A stretch of DNA of 64,000 nucleotides from a virus (lineage: Duplodnaviria; Caudoviricetes): IMG/VR virus record IMGVR_UViG_3300042908_001106, positions 11,494 to 75,493 of that record; one strand, given 5' to 3'. The position numbers and the translations under genes were made by a program. Below the pieces are notes generated by a model. It saw only the letters and a list, made by a program, of their open reading frames with translations, did no database searches and was not told the DNA's origin. Each line of letters opens with the position of its first letter. The stretch's first letter is position 1. Below, one piece after another: positions 1 to 9,917 of the stretch.

Positions 1-1
1 C

Positions 2-3000
2 CTTGAGTTTACGAAGAAAGGACTCCTCTACCCTTTCCAAAAAATAAAAGGCTTGGTATCAAGAAAGTCGTCAGTTCCTGATGTTGAAAAATCAATTAAA
101 GGCGCTGATGCTGCCATCTTGGGTATAGTTTCGTCGATAAAATCTTTCGATGATCTTGAAAAATTAAGAGATTCGTTTGGATTGTTTCAGGTAAATATTG
201 ACAACCTAATAACAGAATTAAATCTTAGTAATACAGAAAGAAAAGGTGATGTTGAAATTGCCAAACTAAACCTAGAGAGTGGTTTAGGCACTAAGGTGTC
301 CGACGGGACTGCAACACCATCGGATCTTGCAGCCTACGATGTGGGTAGAAGCAATATAGAAGATGTTGAGGCACAAGTGAGAGAAATAGAAATTCTCACA
401 AATAGATTAAACAATATAAAACAGTTGACATCTGAAATATTGAGCAAGGAATCGTTATCAGACGATGATAAGCAACTATTAAAGGGGTTTGGCGAAGAAG
501 TAGAAGCAATTTATTTACAATTAGATGAGCCCTTGCCTAGCTCTCGATTCCTTGGTGATGTTGGCAAAATAGAGTCAAAAGGCTCTAGTTTATTCTCTAA
601 ATTAGGGATTTCAATTAAAAACCTTTTTAAAAGTTTTGTATCATTTCAGGTTTTTGGCTTTCTCCAAAACCAATTACAAAACATATCCTCCCAAACTTTT
701 GAGGTAACAAAACGATTCACTGTATTAGAAAACACTATTAATTTCCTGTCTGGTGGCACAAGGGCAGGAGCCGAACAAATGCGGTTTTTAAGAAGTGAAA
801 TAAATCGCACATCATCAGCAATTGAACCCGCATTACAATCCTATAAAAAATTAGCAGCGTCAACCCGTAACACCCCAATGGAGGGGATGATTACTAACGA
901 GGTGATGTCGGGGCTGATGCAAGCTGGGACGGTATTCGGACTAACAGGTGAGGAATTAGAGGGATCTATTCTCGCTATATCTCAGATAGCAGGGAAAGGG
1001 GTTGTTAGTCTTGAGGAATTACGGGGTCAATTAGCTGAAAGAATCCCCGGAGCGATGCAGATTGCAGCCCGGTCTATGAATATGACCGAACAGGAATTAT
1101 ATAAATTAATTTCAACAGGGACGCTATCAGCTACCGACTTTTTAACCAAGTTTGGCCCTCAATTAATGGCAGAAACGTCCGCAGGTGTGGCGGGTGCTTC
1201 TAACACGGCTCAAGCTGCGCTAACCCGATTAAATAACTCAATCACCGAAATTCAGGTGGCAGCAGGGAAAGAGTTTCAGGGGCCGTTGGTGTTAGGAATG
1301 AATGCTATTACTTCTGCTATTCAATTGGTGACTAAATATGCAGGGCCATTCATTCAGATATTACAGGTAGCTGCGGGTGTAGCTTTAGCTTACGCGGCTC
1401 CGGCAATGTGGGCATTTGTTCAAGGATTATGGCAGATACCTTTTGCGAGTGTTGCAGCAAGCATGGCAGTCAATGGATTGAAAGATACCATAATGACTTT
1501 GATAGTCCCAACCGCAGCCGCGTTTGTTGCCAATGTAGCAGCCATTTGGCTAGTGATAGAAGCTCTTAAAACATTGGGGACTGTTTGGGATGTATTCTTC
1601 TCTAAAACAGACACCCAAACATGGTCTGAGTCTGTGTATAAAAATTTGCAAAAAGCCAGACAAGAGATTAAATATCTATGGAAAGAAATTGAGAAATCTA
1701 ACAAAAATAATTTACCTAAAAAACAGGGTGAAAAATATGAAACCGAATTTAGCTATTTAGACAAAGAACAGAGAGATAAGTTAAGTGCAATGAATTTCTT
1801 GGAAAGATTTTCCTATTCATTTAGTGGGGAGAGTATGGAAGATCAGATCAAGATTCAAGATGCTTTAAAACAAACTATGAAAGACCAAAGAGATATTAAA
1901 CAACTACAACGGGACAGGGTCTCTGGTGCAATGAAAGAACTCAATAATTTTATTGACTCTGCGATAACTCAAGATAATATTAATGCGATCAAAGAATACA
2001 ATGCTCAACTTGAAAACCTACGTCAAAAAGCATCTATAACAACGAACCCAGAAGATCAAAGGAAGATTAAAGAACAAATTGAACAACTCAGAAAACTTAG
2101 AGATGGTTCCACAGTCCCTTTGGTTACAGGACTAAGGGAGGTTAATTCGGCAATTGAGAATCGGCAAAAACGAATTAAGGACACTAACAGTGACGAAAAA
2201 CGAGAAGAATTAAGATTAGATTTAATTCAACTTCAGAAACTACAAGATAGACTTCAGGATATTGAACGCCAAACCGGAGCGCAAACAACCTTATCTGAAT
2301 TAATGCAAGTCTTAGCTCGAATCAGAATCGAGATGGAGATGTTTAACCGTGTTGCTCAGGAAGTAGCAGATAAAGGGTTAAGAAGAATTGCGGAAATTGA
2401 ACTAAAGGGGTTGAGAACTGATATTTTTGCTTCGGCTGATGCAGCTTTAAAACGGTCTGAAAATGCCCTCGAATTAGTTAGAAATAAAATCAATATTTCT
2501 GCCAATGCAATCAAAGAATTGAAAGCCCTTCTCAAAGATCCAATGATAGAGCAATACACGAAATTCTACGGTGATAAAAGTTTAGAACAGTTGCGAGTCG
2601 ATTTAGAAGGGGTTGATGAAAAAGAGGTTGAACGACGCAAGACGTTAGAGGCTTTGATTTTATTGAGAGAGCAGGAATCAGGCTTAATTGCTCTACAGCG
2701 CGAACAAGCTGAATCAGTCTTGAATCTTGAAAAAGAACGCTCTCAGGCTGTTCTAAATCGCCTTGAGAGGTACAAAGCTAAAGCCCAAAACAAAGGGCAA
2801 ATAGAAGAAGCCGGATTGTTAACCGCAATCACTAGAGGACAGTTGAAATGGGAGATCGGGTCAGAAAAAGTTGATCTTCTTAAAACAGGGATCTCACTGG
2901 CTGTAATTCAACGCAATCAAAAAATAGCTGAAATTGAATTACAGACTGTTAAAAAATATTTTAAAGAAAAGAAAATTACAGCTGAAGATTTTGCTAACCG

Positions 3001-4987
3001 TCGCATGGAATTAGAATTACAGGTTGCTCAATTCATCCAACAGGTAGCAGAGCAGGAATTACAACTTAGACAACAGAAACAACAACTTCTTTTAGACCAA
3101 TTAGACAGGGCTACTAATAAGATTAAACATCAAATTAAACTAGGGGAGTTAGCTGGACAAATTAATCAAAAAACGAGCCAGATCAGAAGAGAAATTATTG
3201 TTGACACCAGAACCAGAACTGGGGAAGATACTCAAACCGACATCAATCGACAAACAGAAGATGAGACGTTAGCAGGTCAGCGCGAATCTAGTGTTTTATA
3301 TAAAGCTGAATTACAGCGAAATTTGGCACTTCTCCAGTCTCACTATAGCAACAGAGAAATTAGTCAGAGAGATTACGAGGACAAATCCCGCGAGATTGAA
3401 CAAGAAATTGCCTCAACTAATATTCAACTCAAGGATTACGAATTACAAGAGCATCAACGGTTTAATCAACGAATTGTTGACGACAGAATGAAGTCTTATC
3501 AAAGAATGGTTGAAGATTTTGAACGGACGGTTAAAACACAGGAGAATACCCTCCAACTTAGTGCTATTCGTCAAGAGCAAATTATTAGGCAACAACAGCT
3601 TAGACAAATTGATTTAATTAGCAGTCAAAAGGCTGAACAACAGGCTGCGATAACACTAAACCAATTCCAAATCGAGCAAACTAAAAAACAACTTAAAGAC
3701 ACTCTCCAGCAGATTCAAGACGTTGCTCAACTACGGAAGAAAAATGCACTTACAGAGAGAGAAACCGAGGAACGGACGATAGATTTGACGATTAAAGCTG
3801 AACAATTAAAACTTGATTTAATCAATAAACAGATTGAGAAAAATCGTGAACTTAAAGACTTAAAAATCTTAGCACTTGATGATGAGTTGTCTCGAATTGA
3901 TCTCATTTTCCAGCAACAGGAAATGGGATATTCCTACGGGTTAGAAAAACGCAAGCAAATAGTCGAGAGTTTAGACCGAGAAAAAACTGTGATGGAGGCT
4001 CAGGTCAAATTACAGCAATCCTTGTTTAAGGGTGAAGAACAGAGAAGACAAGCCGCGCTTGATCATTCTCGGAGTGCCGAGGATTTATTGGGGCGGTTGC
4101 CAGACTTGCAGAAACGGGCGGCGGATAATTCCATTAATTTTGCTGAATACAAAGGAACTCGTTACCTGATGGATCTAATTCGGAAAATGGCGGGCGCGGG
4201 GTCTGGCAGCACATTCTTATCCGAGTCTGATATTCGTGATTTGCGGACTAAACAGTTCAACCAATCAGCTTTAGAGGAAAAGAAACTTTTAGAGATGAAA
4301 ACTCGGCAATTGGAGCAACAGCAAAAGATTCAAAATGCTCAAATGCAATTGCAAAAAGTGATCAACAAACTCACAGCCGAGAATGCCATTATGGAGGCGA
4401 GTATTAGCTTGAACAAGGCACGACAAGCCGAATTACAGGCTAAAATTGCACTGGAAAAAGCTAATGTCAATGGCGACCCAAGGGAGATTCAAAACGCACA
4501 ACAGGCTTACGAATTGACCAAACAGGGGACTCAGTTAAGTCAACAACAGTTAGGGATTGCTGTTGATAAGTTGACGGTATCCAATCAGATTGCAGGGATT
4601 GATCAACAGGCTTTGGCATCTGACCAGAATAATGAGCGATTCGCCCTGCAAGAAGCAAACCGGAAGGCGTTGCAGGACACGGCGCTAAGAGGCGGGGAAT
4701 TGGCATCACAGGGAGCGATAAACCCCGATCAGATAATCCAGGTAGAGGTAGATATGTCCTCTATCAAGTTTGATTTATCCCCTATTACCCCGATGGTAGA
4801 TTTAACTTCTCAAATCAACACTAAACTGGACGCACTCCTTACTGCTATTACAGGACTGATAAATAAACCCACTGGCAATAATATAGAGAGCTTGACGGTG
4901 GTGTCCAGTGATCCAACTGGGGATAGTCGGCAAGTCATGGAGGAGATGACACGAGCCAAAAATATGTATTCTTGGGTTAGGGGTTAG
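2..4987 (+). CDS. Tail tape measure protein, 5'-truncated by window edge
   Basis: Frame is open from base 2 through the TTG at 53. Tape-measure motif KGVVSLEELRGQLAERIPGAMQIAARSM, an Ala-rich hydrophobic segment and a long Q/E/K coiled coil; over 1640 aa. Confidence 0.85.
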   Translation, partial: LEFTKKGLLYPFQKIKGLVSRKSSVPDVEKSIKGADAAILGIVSSIKSFDDLEKLRDSFGLFQVNIDNLITELNLSNTERKGDVEIAKLNLESGLGTKVSDGTATPSDLAAYDVGRSNIEDVEAQVREIEILTNRLNNIKQLTSEILSKESLSDDDKQLLKGFGEEVEAIYLQLDEPLPSSRFLGDVGKIESKGSSLFSKLGISIKNLFKSFVSFQVFGFLQNQLQNISSQTFEVTKRFTVLENTINFLSGGTRAGAEQMRFLRSEINRTSSAIEPALQSYKKLAASTRNTPMEGMITNEVMSGLMQAGTVFGLTGEELEGSILAISQIAGKGVVSLEELRGQLAERIPGAMQIAARSMNMTEQELYKLISTGTLSATDFLTKFGPQLMAETSAGVAGASNTAQAALTRLNNSITEIQVAAGKEFQGPLVLGMNAITSAIQLVTKYAGPFIQILQVAAGVALAYAAPAMWAFVQGLWQIPFASVAASMAVNGLKDTIMTLIVPTAAAFVANVAAIWLVIEALKTLGTVWDVFFSKTDTQTWSESVYKNLQKARQEIKYLWKEIEKSNKNNLPKKQGEKYETEFSYLDKEQRDKLSAMNFLERFSYSFSGESMEDQIKIQDALKQTMKDQRDIKQLQRDRVSGAMKELNNFIDSAITQDNINAIKEYNAQLENLRQKASITTNPEDQRKIKEQIEQLRKLRDGSTVPLVTGLREVNSAIENRQKRIKDTNSDEKREELRLDLIQLQKLQDRLQDIERQTGAQTTLSELMQVLARIRIEMEMFNRVAQEVADKGLRRIAEIELKGLRTDIFASADAALKRSENALELVRNKINISANAIKELKALLKDPMIEQYTKFYGDKSLEQLRVDLEGVDEKEVERRKTLEALILLREQESGLIALQREQAESVLNLEKERSQAVLNRLERYKAKAQNKGQIEEAGLLTAITRGQLKWEIGSEKVDLLKTGISLAVIQRNQKIAEIELQTVKKYFKEKKITAEDFANRRMELELQVAQFIQQVAEQELQLRQQKQQLLLDQLDRATNKIKHQIKLGELAGQINQKTSQIRREIIVDTRTRTGEDTQTDINRQTEDETLAGQRESSVLYKAELQRNLALLQSHYSNREISQRDYEDKSREIEQEIASTNIQLKDYELQEHQRFNQRIVDDRMKSYQRMVEDFERTVKTQENTLQLSAIRQEQIIRQQQLRQIDLISSQKAEQQAAITLNQFQIEQTKKQLKDTLQQIQDVAQLRKKNALTERETEERTIDLTIKAEQLKLDLINKQIEKNRELKDLKILALDDELSRIDLIFQQQEMGYSYGLEKRKQIVESLDREKTVMEAQVKLQQSLFKGEEQRRQAALDHSRSAEDLLGRLPDLQKRAADNSINFAEYKGTRYLMDLIRKMAGAGSGSTFLSESDIRDLRTKQFNQSALEEKKLLEMKTRQLEQQQKIQNAQMQLQKVINKLTAENAIMEASISLNKARQAELQAKIALEKANVNGDPREIQNAQQAYELTKQGTQLSQQQLGIAVDKLTVSNQIAGIDQQALASDQNNERFALQEANRKALQDTALRGGELASQGAINPDQIIQVEVDMSSIKFDLSPITPMVDLTSQINTKLDALLTAITGLINKPTGNNIESLTVVSSDPTGDSRQVMEEMTRAKNMYSWVRG

Positions 4988-5290
4988 GAAGTTTTAAACC
5001 CAAAAGAAAAAGCCAAAATCTATCATCAAGGTGAGGACTGAATGCACATAAACTTTTATCCAGTATTGCTCGGCAGTGAAAACACAAAAGAGCCAGACTT
5101 TATATTTTTGGGTGATTATGGTATTTCTTTTTACCCCATAAATGGATGGTTGGGATTTAGTTTTGATGTTAAGCCAAATTCTCAATTCTGCCTTGATTGT
5201 TTCTGGTTCCGTATGTCTAAAAATTATGGTATGCGATCGCACAATCCCTAGCAATTCCGTTTAGACTGCGTTAACCAATCCAAAAAACTT

Positions 5291-5318
5291 AGGCACGGAT
5301 TCAACCCCGCGCCTTTTT
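5291..5318. terminator. Probable bidirectional intrinsic terminator
   Basis: AGGCACGG...CCGCGCCT stem with a T tract on one side and an A tract on the other, between convergent genes. Confidence 0.5.
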
Positions 5319-5332
5319 GATATCTAATTCGA

Positions 5333-5734
5333 CTATCTGATTAAATCCCCTACAACCCCGATCTGTTCCCTCTGGCAGTCTCTAAACCAATCTTCTAAGG
5401 CTGTGGAAACGATAGACTCAACAAACGCCACTGAGTGAGGCTTCCCCATTCTTGATGCTAAAGATATTAGGCGACTAAAATCGGGGAGTCCCAAGGTTTC
5501 AAAAATGACTTGAGTTTCAATATCTCTAACTTTGATAATTTCCCCTCGATGCTTAAACCCCAATTCCTTTAGCGCAGTCAATGGATCAAGTTGTCTAAGT
5601 TCGGCGTACCCGACAACAGAAATTGCTGATTCAATGGTGACTCGGTATTCTCTATCAGGGAGTCTAAAACCTTCACACTGGATAACGTGGCAAAACCGAA
5701 TAGGAAACTTTCTGGATTCTATGATGGGTTTCAT
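5333..5734 (-). CDS. Antirepressor-like/P63C-N-like DNA-binding protein paralogue
   Basis: ATG at 5734 overlaps the upstream stop (TAATG). EGFRLPDREYR and ALKELGF motifs align with the 5734..6270 and 62243..62935 proteins. Confidence 0.55.
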   Translation of the reverse strand: MKPIIESRKFPIRFCHVIQCEGFRLPDREYRVTIESAISVVGYAELRQLDPLTALKELGFKHRGEIIKVRDIETQVIFETLGLPDFSRLISLASRMGKPHSVAFVESIVSTALEDWFRDCQREQIGVVGDLIR

Positions 5735-6270
5735 TAGTTCAACCCTCCCTCTAACAAAAATTGCTCTTGTTCCACAATCACGCTCCAATCGTCATAGTTG
5801 GCATTTAAGGCATCCTGGAGATCTTCTGTAGTCCATTTCGTATAGTGGACAATTTTCTCCAGTAGGAAATCTACGGATTTATTGTCGAACAACTTGTCTA
5901 CAATTACGTCTAACCCAGTTTCAGCAAAAGCAGCTAACAGGACAATTGAACTCTGATTTTTGTTTACTACAGCGTCCCATGTGATTACTTTTGTAAAGTC
6001 TCTGGTTGAGATAGTCTTACTTCGTGTCGCACCTCTATCATTTTTTATCTCGGTTTCCTCTAGGCGACCTGTGTAACCTATATCCCATAAGCCATTGAGC
6101 GTTTTAGTACCCTTTTTAGCCGACTTGCTCAAATACTCTTTATTCCGTCCGATAGCAATACTCGCCCCACCTATTCCGATCCGTTTCTCTCCATCTGGGA
6201 ATAGGTAGCAATCAATAATTTTATCCCCTAGATTCAATTCTGCACGGATTGATCTTACAATATCTGACAT
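5734..6270 (-). CDS. Antirepressor-like (P63C N-terminal-like) protein
   Basis: ELNLGDKIIDCYLFPDGEKR motif; AAGGAG RBS; own TGATATAAT promoter. Confidence 0.6.
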   Translation of the reverse strand: MSDIVRSIRAELNLGDKIIDCYLFPDGEKRIGIGGASIAIGRNKEYLSKSAKKGTKTLNGLWDIGYTGRLEETEIKNDRGATRSKTISTRDFTKVITWDAVVNKNQSSIVLLAAFAETGLDVIVDKLFDNKSVDFLLEKIVHYTKWTTEDLQDALNANYDDWSVIVEQEQFLLEGGLN

Positions 6271-6304
6271 GGTGAACCGTCTCCTTAGAAGTTTTGGTTT
6301 ACTA

Positions 6305-6356
6305 CCCCTGGGTGTTTACGCACCGCGAGGGGTTTTGTTATTATTAATTATATCAT
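6305..6356 (-). promoter_or_regulatory. Extended -10 promoter plus conserved leader hairpin (copy A)
   Basis: Minus strand TGATATAAT followed by CCCCT-CGC-GGTG-CGTAAA-CACC-C-AGGGG. Confidence 0.65.
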
Positions 6357-6408
6357 TTTTTATTAAGTTGTAGTATAGAACATACAATTTAATAAAAACA
6401 ATTTACAT

Positions 6409-6618
6409 CCGCCGTTTAGTCTCCACCATAATCCGATCAAGAGTTTTAACAATTTCGTTTAGGTTTCGTTAACTGGTCTAAAAACTTGATATAATAGATC
6501 GTAGTGGGTTACTTCGTAAAACGTGGATCTACGGCTCCTGGGTGTTTACGCACCACGAGGAGCAATTTTATTTAACAACCCTATAGCCGCCGATTAGTCT
6601 CCACCATAATCCGGTCAA
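6409..6618. repeat. About 32-bp direct repeat pair
   Basis: CCGCCGTTTAGTCTCCACCATAATCCGATCAA (6409-6440) versus CCGCCGATTAGTCTCCACCATAATCCGGTCAA (about 6587-6618). Confidence 0.85.
6486..6572 (+). ncRNA. Putative antisense sRNA containing hairpin copy B
   Basis: TTGATATAAT at 6486, then a TAGATC/GATCTA stem, the GCTCCT...AGGAGC hairpin (6534-6563) and a T-rich tail. Complementary to leader copy A. Confidence 0.35.
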
Positions 6619-6624
6619 TTCTAA

Positions 6625-7029
6625 CTAAGATAAAAAACCAATTTCCCTTTTAAACATCTCAACCGGATCTAACCTCTTAACCGCCCGTTCCGTCCAATCC
6701 CGTCCAGGTATCCAACGCCCGACTCGATAAGCTCTGAAGCCTGTTAAAATCCGTCCTGCGTAGGGTTCTCCTGTGATTGGATCGTGGGGATTCCATTCGT
6801 AATTAGCAACAGTTTTATCGCCTTGTCTTGAGACGTTCAAAACTTGAGAATCGTTAAATCTTCCTGTGTCAATAATGTCTTGATTATCTAAGCCTAAATC
6901 AGAGAATTCGCTAGTGTCTTCAATCACAGCATGAAATTCATTATCAAGAGCCGTCACAACCTCAGCAAAGGCATTGTCAACGGTTTTTAAAACTTTATTT
7001 AATGCAGCTTGATTAATTTTAATAGCCAT
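6625..7029 (-). CDS. Putative tail completion/neck protein
   Basis: Position in the virion operon; DIIDTGRF and PGRDW motifs typical of HK97 gp10-like proteins. Confidence 0.5.
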   Translation of the reverse strand: MAIKINQAALNKVLKTVDNAFAEVVTALDNEFHAVIEDTSEFSDLGLDNQDIIDTGRFNDSQVLNVSRQGDKTVANYEWNPHDPITGEPYAGRILTGFRAYRVGRWIPGRDWTERAVKRLDPVEMFKREIGFLS

Positions 7030-7031
7030 AA

Positions 7032-7427
7032 TTAATTATCAATCCACCATCCCTTAATTTTAGTCCCTGTATATTCCTTTTCCCAAGGCTGTTGATTATG
7101 AATCGAAGCCGAAAACTTACCTTTCTTACCATCACACTCAGCTTCAAACTCACGGGGCAAAACAACACCCGGAGGGAACACCATTGGCTCTACTAGATAG
7201 CCTTGCATATAGCTCGATGATATTCCTAACCCTCCGGGTCTTTGTTGCTTCAAATCATCTTTAGACCCCGTTTCCTTGAGATAACAGAGAAAGGGCTGTT
7301 TAGTTATTGATGGCACAATGTTACCCAGGTTATCCGTTGTTAGACTATCCCCTGGCGTTTCTACCCAGAGTGTAACTTTTAATAAATATCTATCCAGATG
7401 GGATAAAAAGTAACTTTGCCTAACCAT
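7032..7427 (-). CDS. Putative head-tail joining/closure protein
   Basis: Position in the virion operon; TDNLGN motif; 131 aa. Confidence 0.45.
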   Translation of the reverse strand: MVRQSYFLSHLDRYLLKVTLWVETPGDSLTTDNLGNIVPSITKQPFLCYLKETGSKDDLKQQRPGGLGISSSYMQGYLVEPMVFPPGVVLPREFEAECDGKKGKFSASIHNQQPWEKEYTGTKIKGWWIDN

Positions 7428-8058
7428 AAATAGCCCCTTCTTTGATTAACTCACAAGCAAAATTAACTTCGTAGTTTTTGGCATCTTCAGGAATTTCAAT
7501 TCGATAGGCTTGGCGGGTGTCGCAGTCATAGACAACATGAACCCCTGGCTTGATATGGGAATCAAATACCGCGATGTCGCATTGTACCCACTCAAGATTA
7601 ATAATCTCAGGACAAAGCAATAGTATTCCCACCGCGATAAATGCCCTAGGAGGTTTAGCCTTGCCATCCGTAACTCCCTCTAATAATTCCATCGAGGGCA
7701 TCTCAGGAATAGCCCATGATGGAATTTTTTGAGAGTCTAACAATGACTGGAATGTGTTGCAGCAAGCCGTTGAGAATTTCTTATCTTGGGATTTGAAGAA
7801 ACAGAAATCCTCAGTGCTTTTGTAGGGGGGTTTCGTGACGTTAAATCTATAGAGAAGGGATGAGAGTTGAGCGATTGCAATTTCCTCAAAGTGTAATCGC
7901 TCCCTCTCGAATTTCTCCCCGTACTCTAAAGCGTTAAGGATCAACCAGACTGGCTGGTTGCCAAAGTTTTCTGACTTGAATCGGATTTCTGACGGCCAGA
8001 GCCTTTGGATTCTCCAATAGATTTCTCCCCAATCAGTTCTACTGGTTCTTCGGAAGCC
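7420..8058 (-). CDS. Tail assembly chaperone GT-type extension (reached by -1 frameshift)
   Basis: The -1 frame is open from the slippery A AAA AAG (8064-8058) into ORF 7420..7944, which has only a weak TTG start. Confidence 0.7.
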   Translation of the reverse strand, partial: GFRRTSRTDWGEIYWRIQRLWPSEIRFKSENFGNQPVWLILNALEYGEKFERERLHFEEIAIAQLSSLLYRFNVTKPPYKSTEDFCFFKSQDKKFSTACCNTFQSLLDSQKIPSWAIPEMPSMELLEGVTDGKAKPPRAFIAVGILLLCPEIINLEWVQCDIAVFDSHIKPGVHVVYDCDTRQAYRIEIPEDAKNYEVNFACELIKEGAIYG

Positions 8059-8690
8059 TTTTTTATATCTTCCTCAGTGATTTCCTTGGCTTCTGTTGTC
8101 ACAGCGTCGGGGTCTTTACCGCCGTTCCGTTGCCGTTCAATAAAAGCCCAAACATCCTCAATGTAGCCCCAACTCAACCGATTTTCGGTATCAGAATCAG
8201 ACCATTTCTTAATCTCTTGAATCGCACCTAATAGAGAGGAACGTTCAGGGCTGTCATCTGACAACAAATCAAATTCATCCTTTAGGGATTGCCAACACCG
8301 ATTAGCAATTGCAACGGTACAAACTGCCATTTTCTTAGCAGATGATTCCCGATCTAATTGTACTGACATCTCCCCAATATCAGAAGCGTATTTTAGCCGA
8401 ATCTCCTGATAGTCAATCTCACTATTGTCATTTTCTTCTGATGATGAAGTAATGACTTCGTAGGCTTTTGTGAGCTTGATTTTTTCGGCTTCGGCAATAG
8501 TCCGAGCTAACTTTGCCACCAAGGTAAAACCAGGGGAAAATTTATCGGAAACCTCGTCAATTCTAGCTTGTTCACTAGCGAGTAAAGCGTTTTTACCCTT
8601 CTCACCTTTATGGACAAAAAACTTCACCCCCTGAATTTCTTCATAGCTTTCATTGCTACGTTTTGACTGAAGAAAAAACGGTAAACCCAT
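7941..8690 (-). CDS. Tail assembly chaperone (G-type)
   Basis: Directly downstream of the tail tube gene; contains an in-frame slippery heptamer near its 3' end. Confidence 0.65.
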   Translation of the reverse strand: MGLPFFLQSKRSNESYEEIQGVKFFVHKGEKGKNALLASEQARIDEVSDKFSPGFTLVAKLARTIAEAEKIKLTKAYEVITSSSEENDNSEIDYQEIRLKYASDIGEMSVQLDRESSAKKMAVCTVAIANRCWQSLKDEFDLLSDDSPERSSLLGAIQEIKKWSDSDTENRLSWGYIEDVWAFIERQRNGGKDPDAVTTEAKEITEEDIKKASEEPVELIGEKSIGESKGSGRQKSDSSQKTLATSQSG

Positions 8691-8716
8691 AATAAATCCT
8701 TTGTAAACTCCCTTTA

Positions 8717-9469
8717 TTAAACTGTTACAACTAATGGAGATCCATTAAAGGTTACGGTAACGATACCGCAATATTTAAAGTCAATATTCCCCATAATGAT
8801 TCCTTTGGAAGATGACTCAATCGGATCAGAGGTAATATTAGCAATTCCTGAATAAATAAACCCAGAAGTATAGGCGGTGTCACCAGGGCAGGTCGGTGTC
8901 GGGTAAGCTACTTTTAAAAATACTTTTCCAGGTGCGCCGACTTGATATTGCAGCCTTGCTTTTTTGACGTTCATATAACCTGCATCAAGGTTCATAAACA
9001 TCCCCGTTGTGGTGATGGTTTGACCTAATGAAGTTTTAGCATAGTCTCTCCATCCGTCGTTATCAAAGTTTTCCAGTTCGGTTTCGTCATCTTCAGAAGT
9101 ATTGTTGACCGTTGACCGCCCGCCCAATTTAGTCGGCCATTCGGCTGTTGCAGCCGCCGTGATAGCTTTTGGAAGTGCTTTAACTGTAATAGAAGTAGCA
9201 CCCGCAGTAATAGGAGCCGAAACCTCTACCATAGTTTCTTCTCCCGTAACTGCATCTTTAAATAACAGAAATGGGTTTGTAACTTCGGGGCGGGTTAGAA
9301 AGGTGGCGGCACTGATAGGGATAGAAAGAGCACCCGCAAGCGCCCCCCCTGTAGCTACAGTGAAAGTGCCAGATTGAGGTGCAATCAAAGAACAGGGTAC
9401 GGGTGCAACCCAGATCCGTGTACCTTCACCTTGAGTTCCTGCTAAGTAAAACGGTTTATTTGTTGACAT
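8717..9469 (-). CDS. Major tail tube protein
   Basis: ETELENFDNDGWRDYAKT-type motif, Thr/Ala/Gly-rich, AGGAG RBS, followed by the chaperone pair. Confidence 0.7.
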   Translation of the reverse strand: MSTNKPFYLAGTQGEGTRIWVAPVPCSLIAPQSGTFTVATGGALAGALSIPISAATFLTRPEVTNPFLLFKDAVTGEETMVEVSAPITAGATSITVKALPKAITAAATAEWPTKLGGRSTVNNTSEDDETELENFDNDGWRDYAKTSLGQTITTTGMFMNLDAGYMNVKKARLQYQVGAPGKVFLKVAYPTPTCPGDTAYTSGFIYSGIANITSDPIESSSKGIIMGNIDFKYCGIVTVTFNGSPLVVTV

Positions 9470-9488
9470 TTTGTTCTCCTATTATTGA

Positions 9489-9917
9489 TTAAGGTGTGGG
9501 AGTTGGAACGGTTAATGTGTAGTCTTCGGTAATTTTGAATCTACCTTTAACCGTCCGAACGATTGGGGGTGTTCCGGTTGTTGTTGCCTGAACATCAAAA
9601 ACAAATTGTTGCCCAGGTTCTAAACCTTCCGAGTCTTCGGGGTCTGCAATAATTACAGTTACCTTTTTCACGAAGTTATTAACATCAACAATTGTCACCC
9701 CTGCGGTGATGGTTTTTGATGCGATAACAACATTTTGAGGAACAAGTTTAAGAGTTCCTTTAACCACTAATCCGGTTAAACTTCCCCCGGTTATAGTTCC
9801 CTTTAAAATCACGGTATCTTGTCTAGGGAACTCAGGATTAACGTTGTCATTAACACCCTGACCAGTTCTTTCAAACTTGAAACTCATATCAAGCAAAGAT
9901 TCAACCATCGCAATCAA
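9489..9917 (-). CDS. Putative virion structural protein (BppU-like beta fold)
   Basis: VFDVQ...VKGRFKI pattern; in the virion operon. Confidence 0.4.
   Translation of the reverse strand: MIAMVESLLDMSFKFERTGQGVNDNVNPEFPRQDTVILKGTITGGSLTGLVVKGTLKLVPQNVVIASKTITAGVTIVDVNNFVKKVTVIIADPEDSEGLEPGQQFVFDVQATTTGTPPIVRTVKGRFKITEDYTLTVPTPTP

Noticed and set aside
4994-5254. Overlapping 86-aa (-) and 69-aa (+) ORFs
   Set aside because: No recognisable motif or RBS; I cannot decide which, if either, is real.
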